Part shown: piece by piece, positions 1 to 9,415 of the stretch | Layout of the letters: each line of letters begins with the position of its first letter | Position numbering within the stretch: position 1 is the stretch's first letter | NCBI GenBank assembly: GCA_038870975.1 | Contig: JAVZJD010000001.1 | Coordinates: forward strand, 672,001-736,000 | Reading direction: 5' to 3' | Source of the DNA: Candidatus Bathyarchaeia archaeon | GTDB taxonomy: Archaea > Thermoproteota > CALKCG01 > B24 | Length of the DNA stretch: 64,000 nucleotides | Translations under genes and position numbers: made by a program | Notes under the pieces: model-generated | The model's input: the letters and a program-made list of their open reading frames with translations, nothing else | Told to the model about the DNA's origin: nothing | The model's database searches: none

Positions 1-173
1 TATATTACACTCGGGGGTTTTTTCGTAGACTTTCGACATTTATGGATCACTTGTGTATAATAAAGAAACGCCATCCAAGTTGATAAACTTTACACCCTAA
101 TGTATGTCTCCATCTTCAGTCGGAGTCTTACAATCCTAGCCTGAGTTTAAGGCGGTCTTCAAGTGTTAAAAAA

Positions 174-710
174 TTATTTTTTGTCGAGTATTTTTTCTGC
201 AAATGAAAACAATGCTTCTTTACATTTTTCAAGATAAGATTCTGCTTCCTTCTTTGTAGGTATTCCCCATAGGTCTCTTTCCGTTACTTTCCTATACCAT
301 TTATTCAATGCTTCTAATTCTTCTTCTAATTCTTCATATTCTTCGTCGGTAAGATTATTCAAGTTTATATTCCTCTCTATTTCCTCTAAAAATTCTTTAC
401 ACTCTTCAACTATCTCCATATATTCTCTTTCTCTACTCTCTCTAAATTTTTGAAGAATGTTTTTCAAATCTTCGTCTCTTAATGGTTTTGATATGAAAAC
501 TGTAAACCCCACCTCTTTTAGTTCTTCTAGGGCTTTTAAAATTTCCTTGTTCAAAGTTTCATTAACAGGTATTATACATAGTGAAAGCTTGGGATAGATG
601 CCTCCAAGCATTTTAAGCCTCCTCCACACTTTAACTTTCAAACGTGATGGCTTTTCAGGGGCCTCATAGAGAAGTATGAAGAATCTATTTGGCTTGTCAA
701 CGTTTGACAT
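174..710 (-). CDS. ChrB N-terminal/PaaX-like domain protein, probable regulator
   Basis: LLYEAPEKPSRLKVKVWRRLKMLG N-terminus plus acidic helical C-terminus (EEYEELEEELEAL..W..KV..RD) resembles ChrB_N family proteins. Confidence 0.65.
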   Translation of the reverse strand: MSNVDKPNRFFILLYEAPEKPSRLKVKVWRRLKMLGGIYPKLSLCIIPVNETLNKEILKALEELKEVGFTVFISKPLRDEDLKNILQKFRESREREYMEIVEECKEFLEEIERNINLNNLTDEEYEELEEELEALNKWYRKVTERDLWGIPTKKEAESYLEKCKEALFSFAEKILDKK

Positions 711-786
711 TTCTGTTAAAATATTCCAGTAGAATTTCTATTTATGCATTTTTCTTTCTGTCTGGTTTAAAGAGATCAAAATCTTT

Positions 787-808
787 AAATGTAACCACTG
801 TTACATTT
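787..808. promoter_or_regulatory. Palindromic operator in divergent promoter region
   Basis: Perfect inverted repeat AAATGTAAC-CACT-GTTACATTT between the divergent ORFs 710(-) and 808(+). Confidence 0.6.
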
Positions 809-1518
809 TGATATGGAGCAAGTTGAAACTATTGGAAAGCGAACATATCAATGCTTTTTCATCCGCACTTACAGATTCACGGATCCTTCCTAGGGAAGGG
901 GGAATATACTCTTCGCCTTTGAATGTTCGCCCTAATGTAATTTACATAGAAGTTATGAGAAACGGTAGAGTAAACATTGGATGTTGCGAGGGAATAGTGA
1001 GAGAACATGAACGTTTAGCTTTCAACGATCTATCTAAGAAACTCAGTTATCACTTTAGAAACATCCCTAGGGAGTCTATAGAATGGATACAGATACCCTG
1101 TATGAAATTTATAAAAGAGAAGCAATTTCAAGGGATGCCGCCAGGTGTACTATCTGCTAGAGGAGAAGCATGGATTATGTATTATAGAACAGATAACGTG
1201 GTTTTTCCCTGCTATCGAAGTTTTTCGCTAGACTTCGATAAAGGTCGACGTATAACTGTTGTCAGTCCAAGAAATCTGATGAAAGACACCATTACAATAA
1301 GACACCCGGTTTATACAACTGAGATATATACTGGCATCGTATCCATAATAGAGGTTTCAATTCAAGGAATTCTAAAATATACTAAAGGCCATTTTGGTCT
1401 TGGGTCAATAGTCTCCCAATCCCAAGACACAGTTAGCTGTGTATATGTTCTCGGGGATGAAGACTTATCGTATATTTTAAAGACACTTAGTTTAACCACT
1501 ACTAACGAGGCCTTCTAA
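808..1518 (+). CDS. hypothetical protein
   Basis: 236 aa ORF ending 1 nt before the next gene; no motif recognised; start uncertain. Confidence 0.45.
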   Translation: MIWSKLKLLESEHINAFSSALTDSRILPREGGIYSSPLNVRPNVIYIEVMRNGRVNIGCCEGIVREHERLAFNDLSKKLSYHFRNIPRESIEWIQIPCMKFIKEKQFQGMPPGVLSARGEAWIMYYRTDNVVFPCYRSFSLDFDKGRRITVVSPRNLMKDTITIRHPVYTTEIYTGIVSIIEVSIQGILKYTKGHFGLGSIVSQSQDTVSCVYVLGDEDLSYILKTLSLTTTNEAF

Positions 1519-1519
1519 A

Positions 1520-2483
1520 ATGTGTAGAGCAATGAGTTTTCGTGACACGGTAAAATACGTGATAAGTAAACAGGGAATAGATGGTGGCTATCTAAGCTAC
1601 CAGTATATGGGTCTTTTTGAATCCAGCGTAGAAGATACGTACTACGCTCTCAGCGTGCTCAAATTTCTAGGAGTAAAGCCTCCTAATGTATTCAAGACCG
1701 TAAGGTTTCTTAAGGAAGTCCAATTGGCGGATGGTAGCTACCATAGCCTTCGTGTAGCCTTTTTTCGCCATTAAAGCTTTAACTTCTCTACATGAAAAAC
1801 CCAGAGATGTAAATGGAGCTATATCGTATCTTAAAAATTCTTTAAGACTGATGTTAATTGAAGAGGTTGATTCATTTAAACAGTCGATGGATTTTGAAAG
1901 AAAAAGCTATGTAAGTAGAAAAGTTGAAGAAAGTTCATTGGAATCTGTGGATTTACATAATCTATACATTGTAGAAATGCCTACCATGTTATGCAATATA
2001 AATATGGTTACATCCGCTTTTAATCTATTAGGCTACCAGCTAAATGAATTAGAAAGAGAAAATATAGTCAGACTTGTTTTAAAGTTTAAAAATAAAGATG
2101 GCGGTTTTGGATTAAATACTTCATGTATCGACGAAACTTTTCACGCGCTATCTATTTTAATAAACTTAAAGAGCTCTCTTAACGATCTAGATTTACAGAA
2201 TACTATAAAGTGGATATATGAATGTGAGAATCGCTCAGGAGGTTTTAAAATTAAACCAGATATCCCGCTTTCATATTCTCTAGAATATACTTACTATGGC
2301 CTCCAAGCGATGGATTTGCTGAACATTAAACCGGCATTTTCAGATATGCATATTAACTTTATCTACAGCTGCTATAATCCTAATGGTGGTTTCAGGAGGT
2401 CGACAAATCTTGGTATTTCAACGTTAGAAGATACGTTTTACGCAACTTCTTCGCTTAGTACATTGAACGCCATTCTATATTAA
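1520..2483 (+). pseudogene. Prenyltransferase/squalene-cyclase repeat (alpha-alpha toroid) protein, split by a frameshift
   Basis: Repeats of DGGF/Y..S.EDTYYAL..L in both ORFs (1520-1774, 1851-2483); removing one T from T6 at 1760-1765 fuses them in frame (VAFFAIKALTSLHEKP...LMLIEE). Confidence 0.75.
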
Positions 2484-2546
2484 CCATTGATCAACATCTG
2501 CCCACGTAGTTCAATTTAAATAGCGTGTTTAGTACTATAGTATTTC

Positions 2547-3425
2547 ATGTCTCGTATTTTGGAGACCAATGAAGATAGGCTTATTAAAGTTTCAGTTACC
2601 GGAGCCATTTCAAGCCCTACCATACATTATCCGTATCAAATATCTGCCTTCGGCGAGCCAATGGTTTTACCAAGTGTAGGAGGGATTCGATATAATTTAC
2701 GTGTTGGAGACTATGCAACTGGGTGGATGGCGGATCACGTTGAACCAGGTGTAAGCATTAAAAATGCAAATAGTGATGCCAATAGGGCTTTAAATACCCT
2801 ATCATGTATAGGGAATGAGGCCGTGGTGGTTTCAGGTGATGCTAAAGGTTCTAAAGGCACGGTTATCGGCAAACATGGGGGAATTGAACACATCATCGTC
2901 GACTTTCCACCTGAAATTCTAGATAAGCTCAACATAGGTGACAACGTCTTGATTAAAGCTTATGGTGTCGGCTTAAAAATACTGAATATTCCAAGTGTTA
3001 GAATTATGAATCTGGATCCTAAAGTATTGAATCTATTGAATTTGAAGTTTGAAGATGGCTGTTTAACGGTTCCAGTCACCCATTTAGTACCAGCATCGAT
3101 AATGGGTTCAGGCTTAGGAGATATACAGGTGTACAGTGGTGATTATGATATTCAGCTCTTCGATAGAGCTATTGTAAATGAATACCACTTGGAGGATCTT
3201 AGACTAGGAGATCTTGTGGCAATAATGAATGCAGACCATACGTATGGACGGATCTACCTCAGTGGGGCTATCTCCATAGGTATTGTTGTCCACACAGATT
3301 GCGTACTAGCAGGACATGGACCTGGAGTAACCACAATAATGACTTCAAGCGAAGGTAAAATAAAGCCTTTAATAGACTCAAATGCAAATATTGCGAACAT
3401 TCTGAAGTTGAGAAACGATTTTTAA
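2547..3425 (+). CDS. DUF4438 family protein (TM1086-like)
   Basis: PSVGGIRYNLRVGD, ADHVEPGVS, GKHGGIEH, MGSGLG, GDYDIQ and GHGPGVT motifs. Confidence 0.8.
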   Translation: MSRILETNEDRLIKVSVTGAISSPTIHYPYQISAFGEPMVLPSVGGIRYNLRVGDYATGWMADHVEPGVSIKNANSDANRALNTLSCIGNEAVVVSGDAKGSKGTVIGKHGGIEHIIVDFPPEILDKLNIGDNVLIKAYGVGLKILNIPSVRIMNLDPKVLNLLNLKFEDGCLTVPVTHLVPASIMGSGLGDIQVYSGDYDIQLFDRAIVNEYHLEDLRLGDLVAIMNADHTYGRIYLSGAISIGIVVHTDCVLAGHGPGVTTIMTSSEGKIKPLIDSNANIANILKLRNDF

Positions 3426-3456
3426 ATTCGGCAGAGTGCTCTTACCCACTCTATGC

Positions 3457-6096
3457 CTACTGCTTTTTGAATGGCATGAAGCTCCATAGTGACCTGCTGC
3501 CAGCCATACTCATAAGGTCTATGTCTAAAGCGTCGAGAACCTGTTCAAATGTACTCTCAAGGTATTCAATGTATTTGTCTGAATCTATCTCACTCGGGCT
3601 TCTTATAAGTTGGATTGGCTTAACACCTGGATCTGTCACTACTTTAACAAAAGATATTATATCCCCTGCCCGCACATCAACCCCTCTTTGTTTTAAAAGT
3701 AGTGCAGCTTTAACATGCTGGGGGGTCGTCTTCACATATCCTTCAGGAGGTCTACTGAGCATGATTTTGAATGCAAGTTTATCTATTGGCACATTTCCGC
3801 GTTTTATCTTATTATAGCTATCTTTGTAGAGTTCTATTATGTTCTCCTTAGCTTTTTCGAAGTCTTCAGGACTGTTAACCGAGCCGAGGATTTTCATCAT
3901 TTCCATGAATGCATCTTTAATGAACTCCGGAATATGGCGTTTCTTGCCAGTCAATCCTTTTACGTCTACCGTACCATCTTGGTAAACGCCAAGGTAGTTC
4001 TTTTTCCTAGAACTTAATACGACATATCTGTAGACTCTATCTATGTCAAGTTCCATACCGAGTTCCTTTTCAGCCCAGCTAATAAGTTCTTCAATCTGAT
4101 TCTTCGTCGGAGACTTTAAGAATAGTGAATCTGTATCTCCGTATATTACTTCAACTCCCAACGACTCTGCTTTTTCAACAGTCTTCATTATGACATACCT
4201 CCCTATGGATGTTATTGCTTCGGCAACTGTAGGACAATAAAGTGCGAAGTTTTCAGCCCCGAACACCCCGTAAGATGCATTTAAGATAACCTTTAAACTG
4301 CTTTGCACAACATTATACCATTCTCTAACTTCAGGGGGAAGGTTTTTATCTTTAGACCTAGGTTTATACCATTTAACTCTAACGTCTTTAAGGGACCCTA
4401 TGAGTAGACTTGTCATTCCTCTCTCTTTTATACAAATCCAGTGGGTTGTTCCCGGGACCGTCTTGGTTCTACATTCTGGGTGGTTGCAATTCAACGTTTC
4501 ATAACTTATATTATACTGTCGAACTATAGAAGGATACATGGATTGAAAGTCTAAAACAGCAACGTTAAAGTGGACACCTGGTTTAGGCGTTATGACTTCT
4601 CCACCTCTATACTTCTTTCCCTCTATGATGGCTTTCGTTGTTATTTTACCTTTAACTGCTAGGAGGTCTTCCTTTCTAGGGATCAGCCATCCTCGTACAC
4701 GGTGTTCGTAAAGCATCATGTTCCTTATCCAGTTCGATATGCCTTGTCTAGTTAGGTCTTCAACTGGAGTCGAGGTTATTCTTGCAAGAACCATTATGAG
4801 GTTCATTACTAAATCATTATTCATAGAGGTTAATCCGTAGACTATTTGTGAATCCCTAAGGCAGTATTTGGCAAGCTCCATGTACGTAAGTTCGCTAATT
4901 GGCACGTCGATCTCCACTTTTCCCATTCCAAGTAAAGCGTCACCTATTTCATCAAGTGTATTTTCACGGTATTTCTGACCAAAGGCGTATACCTGGATAG
5001 ACTTGTTGAAGAAAAACTTGTAAAGGTCTATGTGTATTCCATTTTTAATCAGTGTGGAATCTCTGCCTCTTTCTATAGGTATTTTATCAGCCTCTATACC
5101 GAGCTTCTTCGCCCTATAGTAGAGATATGGCAGGTCAAAATCGTCACCGTTAAAAGTTAAAATGAAAGGATACTTCTCAATATAATCGAAAACCTTTAAT
5201 ACAAGCTCTTTTTCACTATCGAAATACTCAATTTCCGCATCGACATCTGCTACTCCTTCTTCTACTCCCTCTCTCTTCAGCAACATGACTTTACGTAATC
5301 CATCAGATCCTATTAAGGAGACAGCGACAATTGGATCTTTCGCCTCCTTAGGATTAGGTACTCTTGTAGCCACCTCGCCCGCGACTTCTATGTCTATTGC
5401 CAATCTAGATATCTTTGGGACTCTCAACTCTAGCATGCTAAGCCATCTGAGAATATACTCCATGTACTCCTCTGGCTCATCTTTAAAGACTGTCTTAATA
5501 GTCTCCAGCTTTTCCTTCGGTAGTTCATGTTCAACTTGAATGAGTTTGCCATCTTCAACTTTATACAGCATACCAACTTTCAGCCTTCTATCGAAGATGT
5601 AATTTTCATGGAACTTTATATCTGCCTCCCAAGCCTTGGGAAGAATATCTCTTATGGAATTTCCCACCCTTCCACCTATTGAAAGTGGATCTTTAGCAAT
5701 GATCTTAGTCATGAGTTTTCTCTCGTAGTTTAATGGATCGTATTTTTCAACTATTTCTAACTGTTGAAATCCAGGGTGGGTCACAATTCCCGGGACTTCT
5801 TTCACTTTTTCAGGTGGTAAATCGCTTAAGCAATAGGGTTTGTAACCCGTATTATCATACCATAAGTATATTTTCTGCTCTCTCTCATTATACATTTTTA
5901 AGCATACAGCCCCCCTCTCACCGTCATAGGTTGCTGATACTAAATAGCTAGGAGGTATATCCTTTGCCTCCTCGCTTACAACGGGTTTGATTTTCAACAT
6001 TTGTTCCTCTTCAGTGGGGGCTTCGTCTATTGTTCTTTTCTCCGCATCTGTTTTCTTAGCTAGAAAGTCCATAAGGGTGTAGGTTTTAGAAGGCAT
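3457..6096 (-). CDS. polB1: Family B DNA polymerase (PolB1 type)
   Basis: Exonuclease DIEV and FNGDDFD; polymerase DFQSMYPS, KVILNASYG, YGDTDS; long N-terminal extension; no intein. Confidence 0.95.
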   Translation of the reverse strand: MPSKTYTLMDFLAKKTDAEKRTIDEAPTEEEQMLKIKPVVSEEAKDIPPSYLVSATYDGERGAVCLKMYNEREQKIYLWYDNTGYKPYCLSDLPPEKVKEVPGIVTHPGFQQLEIVEKYDPLNYERKLMTKIIAKDPLSIGGRVGNSIRDILPKAWEADIKFHENYIFDRRLKVGMLYKVEDGKLIQVEHELPKEKLETIKTVFKDEPEEYMEYILRWLSMLELRVPKISRLAIDIEVAGEVATRVPNPKEAKDPIVAVSLIGSDGLRKVMLLKREGVEEGVADVDAEIEYFDSEKELVLKVFDYIEKYPFILTFNGDDFDLPYLYYRAKKLGIEADKIPIERGRDSTLIKNGIHIDLYKFFFNKSIQVYAFGQKYRENTLDEIGDALLGMGKVEIDVPISELTYMELAKYCLRDSQIVYGLTSMNNDLVMNLIMVLARITSTPVEDLTRQGISNWIRNMMLYEHRVRGWLIPRKEDLLAVKGKITTKAIIEGKKYRGGEVITPKPGVHFNVAVLDFQSMYPSIVRQYNISYETLNCNHPECRTKTVPGTTHWICIKERGMTSLLIGSLKDVRVKWYKPRSKDKNLPPEVREWYNVVQSSLKVILNASYGVFGAENFALYCPTVAEAITSIGRYVIMKTVEKAESLGVEVIYGDTDSLFLKSPTKNQIEELISWAEKELGMELDIDRVYRYVVLSSRKKNYLGVYQDGTVDVKGLTGKKRHIPEFIKDAFMEMMKILGSVNSPEDFEKAKENIIELYKDSYNKIKRGNVPIDKLAFKIMLSRPPEGYVKTTPQHVKAALLLKQRGVDVRAGDIISFVKVVTDPGVKPIQLIRSPSEIDSDKYIEYLESTFEQVLDALDIDLMSMAGSRSLWSFMPFKKQ

Positions 6097-6239
6097 CTTC
6101 TTCTCAATAGAAACTATAAACGACCTCAGATATTTGTATTATTCTTCGCAGAACCGTTAATATAAAGGGGTCGGTTGTATTGCTAAATCAATATTTTTAA
6201 GCAGGTTTAAAATAAATGATTTCAAGTTGACTGCTGTTT

Positions 6240-7580
6240 ATGATTGTTGAAAGGGCTCTTAAACTCGCTTTTAAAGTCTTCCAACTTGAAGAAAGGGAGA
6301 ATATAGGGTTAAAGTCTGCCGCTAGTAGAGCTAGGGCCCTTCTATCCGAAGGAGACCGCCAGATTTTAGGGTTAGCACATCGTTTAGCATTTGAAACTAT
6401 AAAGTATAGACTGCTCATCGATTATATTCTTGGCGAATTCTACGGTGAGTCTTTAAAAAAGCTTTCAGAGTCTGCTAAATATGCTTCGCAAATTTTAACC
6501 TATGAATTTAAGATAAATGATACCCCGTCCATAAGAATCGACGCCTTCTTAAGAGCTTTGAAGAAAATCCTTAAAAGGGAGGAGTATGCTTCATGCATAC
6601 GTCTTTTCCATTGGCTTGAAGGGGTATCTTTAAATGAAATCCTCAAGGTGGAGGATCCATTAAAATACCTGTCGCTTTCATACTCAAGTCCGAAGTGGCT
6701 CGTAAAGTATTCCATTAGAAATTTCGGCCTTTTGAATGGTTTAAATCTTTTAAAAAGTTTAACTTCATCCCCTCCAACGTATTTCAGAGTTAATACTCTT
6801 AAAGCATCTGAAGACGATATTCTAAATCTACTTTCTGATGAAGGTTTTGAATTCGAGAAAGTTGAATGTTTAAATTATGTTTTCAAGGTTATTGAGTCTG
6901 AAAAACCTATAGTTGCATCTAAAGCCTATAAGGAGGGCTGGATATACATCCAGGATTTATCAAGCTGTTTGGCAGTAGAAGTGTCTGAGCCTAGACCTGG
7001 CTTTACAGTATTAGACGTATGTGCTGCCCCTGGCTCTAAAACTACTCATCTTGCTCAACTAATGGAAAATAGAGGCCGTATAATTTCAATCGAGCTTTCA
7101 AGAAGCCGTGTTAAAACATGGTTTAAAGAGGTCTCCAGAATGGGTGTTTCAATTGCACAAATGGTTTTAGCAGACGCCTCTAAAACCTATCCGCTGAAGC
7201 TTGAGGCAGACGTCGTCCTAATAGATCCACCTTGTTCAAATACTGGGGCTTTCCATAGAGATCCGTCATTAAAATGGAAGACATCACCTGAGCAAATTAG
7301 AAGATTTTCTGAGCTTCAATTATCCATGCTTCTCTCTTCTGTAGACCATGTTAAACCAAATGGGCACATTATATATACTACGTGTAGCATAATGGTCGAA
7401 GAAAATGAAATGGTTATTGAGAGGTTTCTTAATCTAAATTCCGACTTTGAACTGGAAAAAGTGAACTGTTCAATTGGAGATCCAGGTTTAAGAGGTTTTA
7501 AAGACTGTAAAAGGTTATATCCGTATAAACATAACTGTAACGGGTTTTTTATAGCTAAACTTGTAAAAAGAAACAGTTAA
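6240..7580 (+). CDS. RsmB/NOL1/NOP2/Sun family RNA m5C methyltransferase with NusB-like N-terminus
   Basis: IQDLSS, VLDVCAAPGSKT, DPPCS, YTTCS and GFFIAKL motifs. Confidence 0.93.
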   Translation: MIVERALKLAFKVFQLEERENIGLKSAASRARALLSEGDRQILGLAHRLAFETIKYRLLIDYILGEFYGESLKKLSESAKYASQILTYEFKINDTPSIRIDAFLRALKKILKREEYASCIRLFHWLEGVSLNEILKVEDPLKYLSLSYSSPKWLVKYSIRNFGLLNGLNLLKSLTSSPPTYFRVNTLKASEDDILNLLSDEGFEFEKVECLNYVFKVIESEKPIVASKAYKEGWIYIQDLSSCLAVEVSEPRPGFTVLDVCAAPGSKTTHLAQLMENRGRIISIELSRSRVKTWFKEVSRMGVSIAQMVLADASKTYPLKLEADVVLIDPPCSNTGAFHRDPSLKWKTSPEQIRRFSELQLSMLLSSVDHVKPNGHIIYTTCSIMVEENEMVIERFLNLNSDFELEKVNCSIGDPGLRGFKDCKRLYPYKHNCNGFFIAKLVKRNS

Positions 7581-7584
7581 ATCT
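7570..7584 (+). repeat. attL direct repeat GAAACAGTTAAATCT
   Basis: Identical to 20477-20491; includes the last codons and TAA of the methyltransferase gene; 22 bp from the integrase stop. Confidence 0.75.
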
Positions 7585-7606
7585 CTTTATTTTTTACTGA
7601 ATCTTA

Positions 7607-8875
7607 TTACTTCCGCTTTCTGAAGAGCATTATACCGTTGAAGGTTGTGACGTATTCAAAGCCTGCTTCGATGAGCTTTGAGGCCTCATCTATGGTTGAA
7701 GCCGTTTTACAGTAGAACTCGTCTTTAGGGGTTTGGAATAACGCTCTTTCTATGTTTATGTAGATCATCGTGTTCTGAATACTTTTATGACCGAGCAGCT
7801 CCTTGACGTAAACTATGTCTTTCGTCTTATGATACTCCATCGTTGCCTTCCAATGTCTAAAGGTGTGGAGCGTTATCCTCTTCAACCTCGGATTCTTAAG
7901 TTTTAGAGCGAGTGAATTCCTCTGACGCATAAAGCTGGATTCAATGGATTCACGCGTCATCGAAAAAACCCTTTCGCTGTCTCTTGGAAGGCTTTTCAGA
8001 ATTTCGACGAGTCTATCGCTTATCGGTAAGATCCGCCCCTTGCTCCTCTTCTCCGGCGTTATATTGACAATTTTACGCTCGAAGTCCACATCTGCCCACT
8101 TCACCATTAAAGCCTCTCCAACCCTTACTCCTGTCTCTTTTAGAAATTGAAGGAATGCAGCGGTCTTCCTTCCACATCTAGCTATCAGCATGTCTAACTC
8201 TTCTTCAGTCGGAATGAATGGGATCTTCTCAGTCTTCCCATATTTCGGCTTCTCCCAAGAGCCACTGTAGAATCTTACGAAATTGCCATATAGATTTGCA
8301 TAGTTCATTTTTGTGTCTTCAGATATATTCAGTTTGTTGATGAACTCTTTGACCGCTTCAGGATCATATATGTTCGCACCTTTTCTAATAAGCATTCTTA
8401 CGACTTCCACATTCTTTTTAACCGTTTCCTCTCTTCTCCCGTTCTTCAAAAGCCATAGAGCGAAGCCAGTTAGGACATCTTGGCTTACTGTGCCCCCCGC
8501 AGGCTTTTTTACTGTTTGAGGGGGCTTTTCCATCAGAGCCACGCATCCCATATCAGACCGGCTTAGGTCCTCATGTCCTTCATCTTTAACATAACCGTTG
8601 GGCCTATTTAAATCTGAGGTCTCATGGGTTTTCCCACGTCTCGAAGATGAAATTGTAAATCTATACCCGCAGTCCCTGCATAAGTAGCGTTGGATTTTAG
8701 AGCCGTCTACAAGCTTACGGAAGCCGTCTTTGAATAAACGTTTCGAGCCACATAATGGGCATTGAACCTCAGGTCCATTAGAGCCATAGGGTTTGCCCTG
8801 GACCGAGGCTGAGCAATCGTTTAAATCATCTCTATAGTCCTCCTGAGGTTCCGTAGAAGATGACAAGCATATCAC
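7607..8875 (-). CDS. Tyrosine recombinase/integrase with N-terminal Zn ribbon
   Basis: Catalytic set R(VGE), K, HTFRH, LLGH, Y all present; N-terminal CPLCGS...YLCRDCG; C-terminal LIEAGFEYV tail. Confidence 0.92.
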   Translation of the reverse strand: MICLSSSTEPQEDYRDDLNDCSASVQGKPYGSNGPEVQCPLCGSKRLFKDGFRKLVDGSKIQRYLCRDCGYRFTISSSRRGKTHETSDLNRPNGYVKDEGHEDLSRSDMGCVALMEKPPQTVKKPAGGTVSQDVLTGFALWLLKNGRREETVKKNVEVVRMLIRKGANIYDPEAVKEFINKLNISEDTKMNYANLYGNFVRFYSGSWEKPKYGKTEKIPFIPTEEELDMLIARCGRKTAAFLQFLKETGVRVGEALMVKWADVDFERKIVNITPEKRSKGRILPISDRLVEILKSLPRDSERVFSMTRESIESSFMRQRNSLALKLKNPRLKRITLHTFRHWKATMEYHKTKDIVYVKELLGHKSIQNTMIYINIERALFQTPKDEFYCKTASTIDEASKLIEAGFEYVTTFNGIMLFRKRK

Positions 8876-9234
8876 TTTCTCTTCTTGGAAAGCTCCAACT
8901 CTATTTCACGGATCAGCTCCTCATTCTCGAGCTTAGGAATAATGTCGAAAAGGGAGGCGATTACACCTCTACTACCATCACTAGTGTGGATCCAATACTC
9001 ATCGTTCCTAAGCATGGCAAGCAGAATCCTAGCCTGCGTCTCAAGGGCTTTCCTCTCAGCCTCCGAGCCTTTATCGAGCCTTGAGAGCGCTAAACTAGGG
9101 TCTCCGATCTCAACCACGGACTTCATAAAGTATTCTATCGCTTTAGATGGTTTAAAACTATGGCTTCTACAGGTTTCCTTGAACTTTTCCAAGAGGTATG
9201 GGTCGAACCTCCATCCAACCTGCTTCTGAGGCAT
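8872..9234 (-). CDS. Ribbon-helix-helix DNA-binding protein (possible excisionase/copy-control protein)
   Basis: N-terminal KQVGWRFDPYLLEKFKETC...PSKAIEYFM beta-helix-helix pattern; GGTGA SD; overlaps integrase start. Confidence 0.55.
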   Translation of the reverse strand: MPQKQVGWRFDPYLLEKFKETCRSHSFKPSKAIEYFMKSVVEIGDPSLALSRLDKGSEAERKALETQARILLAMLRNDEYWIHTSDGSRGVIASLFDIIPKLENEELIREIELELSKKRK

Positions 9235-9292
9235 AGATGATCACCTTGTTACCTTTCTGCTAACTTTTCTGATGACATAGTAGAGGGGGGAG

Positions 9293-9411
9293 GGGGTGGA
9301 AATCCACTCATCCTAGGGTCTCCCACCATAGAGGTCTTGGCTTTCACTATCTTCTTGGATGGGAAGACCTCACAACCTTCATATAGGTCGTGAGTCTTGG
9401 GCCCTAGGACG
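9293..9411 (-). ncRNA. Structured non-coding element (multi-stem RNA or ssDNA origin hairpin)
   Basis: Outer stem TCCTAGGG/CCCTAGGA enclosing two hairpins with a G-U pair favouring the minus strand; see finding. Confidence 0.45.
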
Positions 9412-9415
9412 CGAC

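Noticed and set aside
787-808. TGTAAC core shared between this operator and the iteron arrays at 11098-11233
   Set aside because: Only a 6-8 bp match, different geometry, and outside the att-bounded element; likely coincidence
3467-5951. Several + strand ORFs inside polB1, and similar antisense or alternative-frame ORFs throughout the track
   Set aside because: They overlap well-supported genes on the opposite strand or frame and show no motifs; shadow ORFs
9269-9325. CTGATGA...GAAA...TC hammerhead-like words
   Set aside because: Stem I cannot form and stem II is only 3 weak pairs
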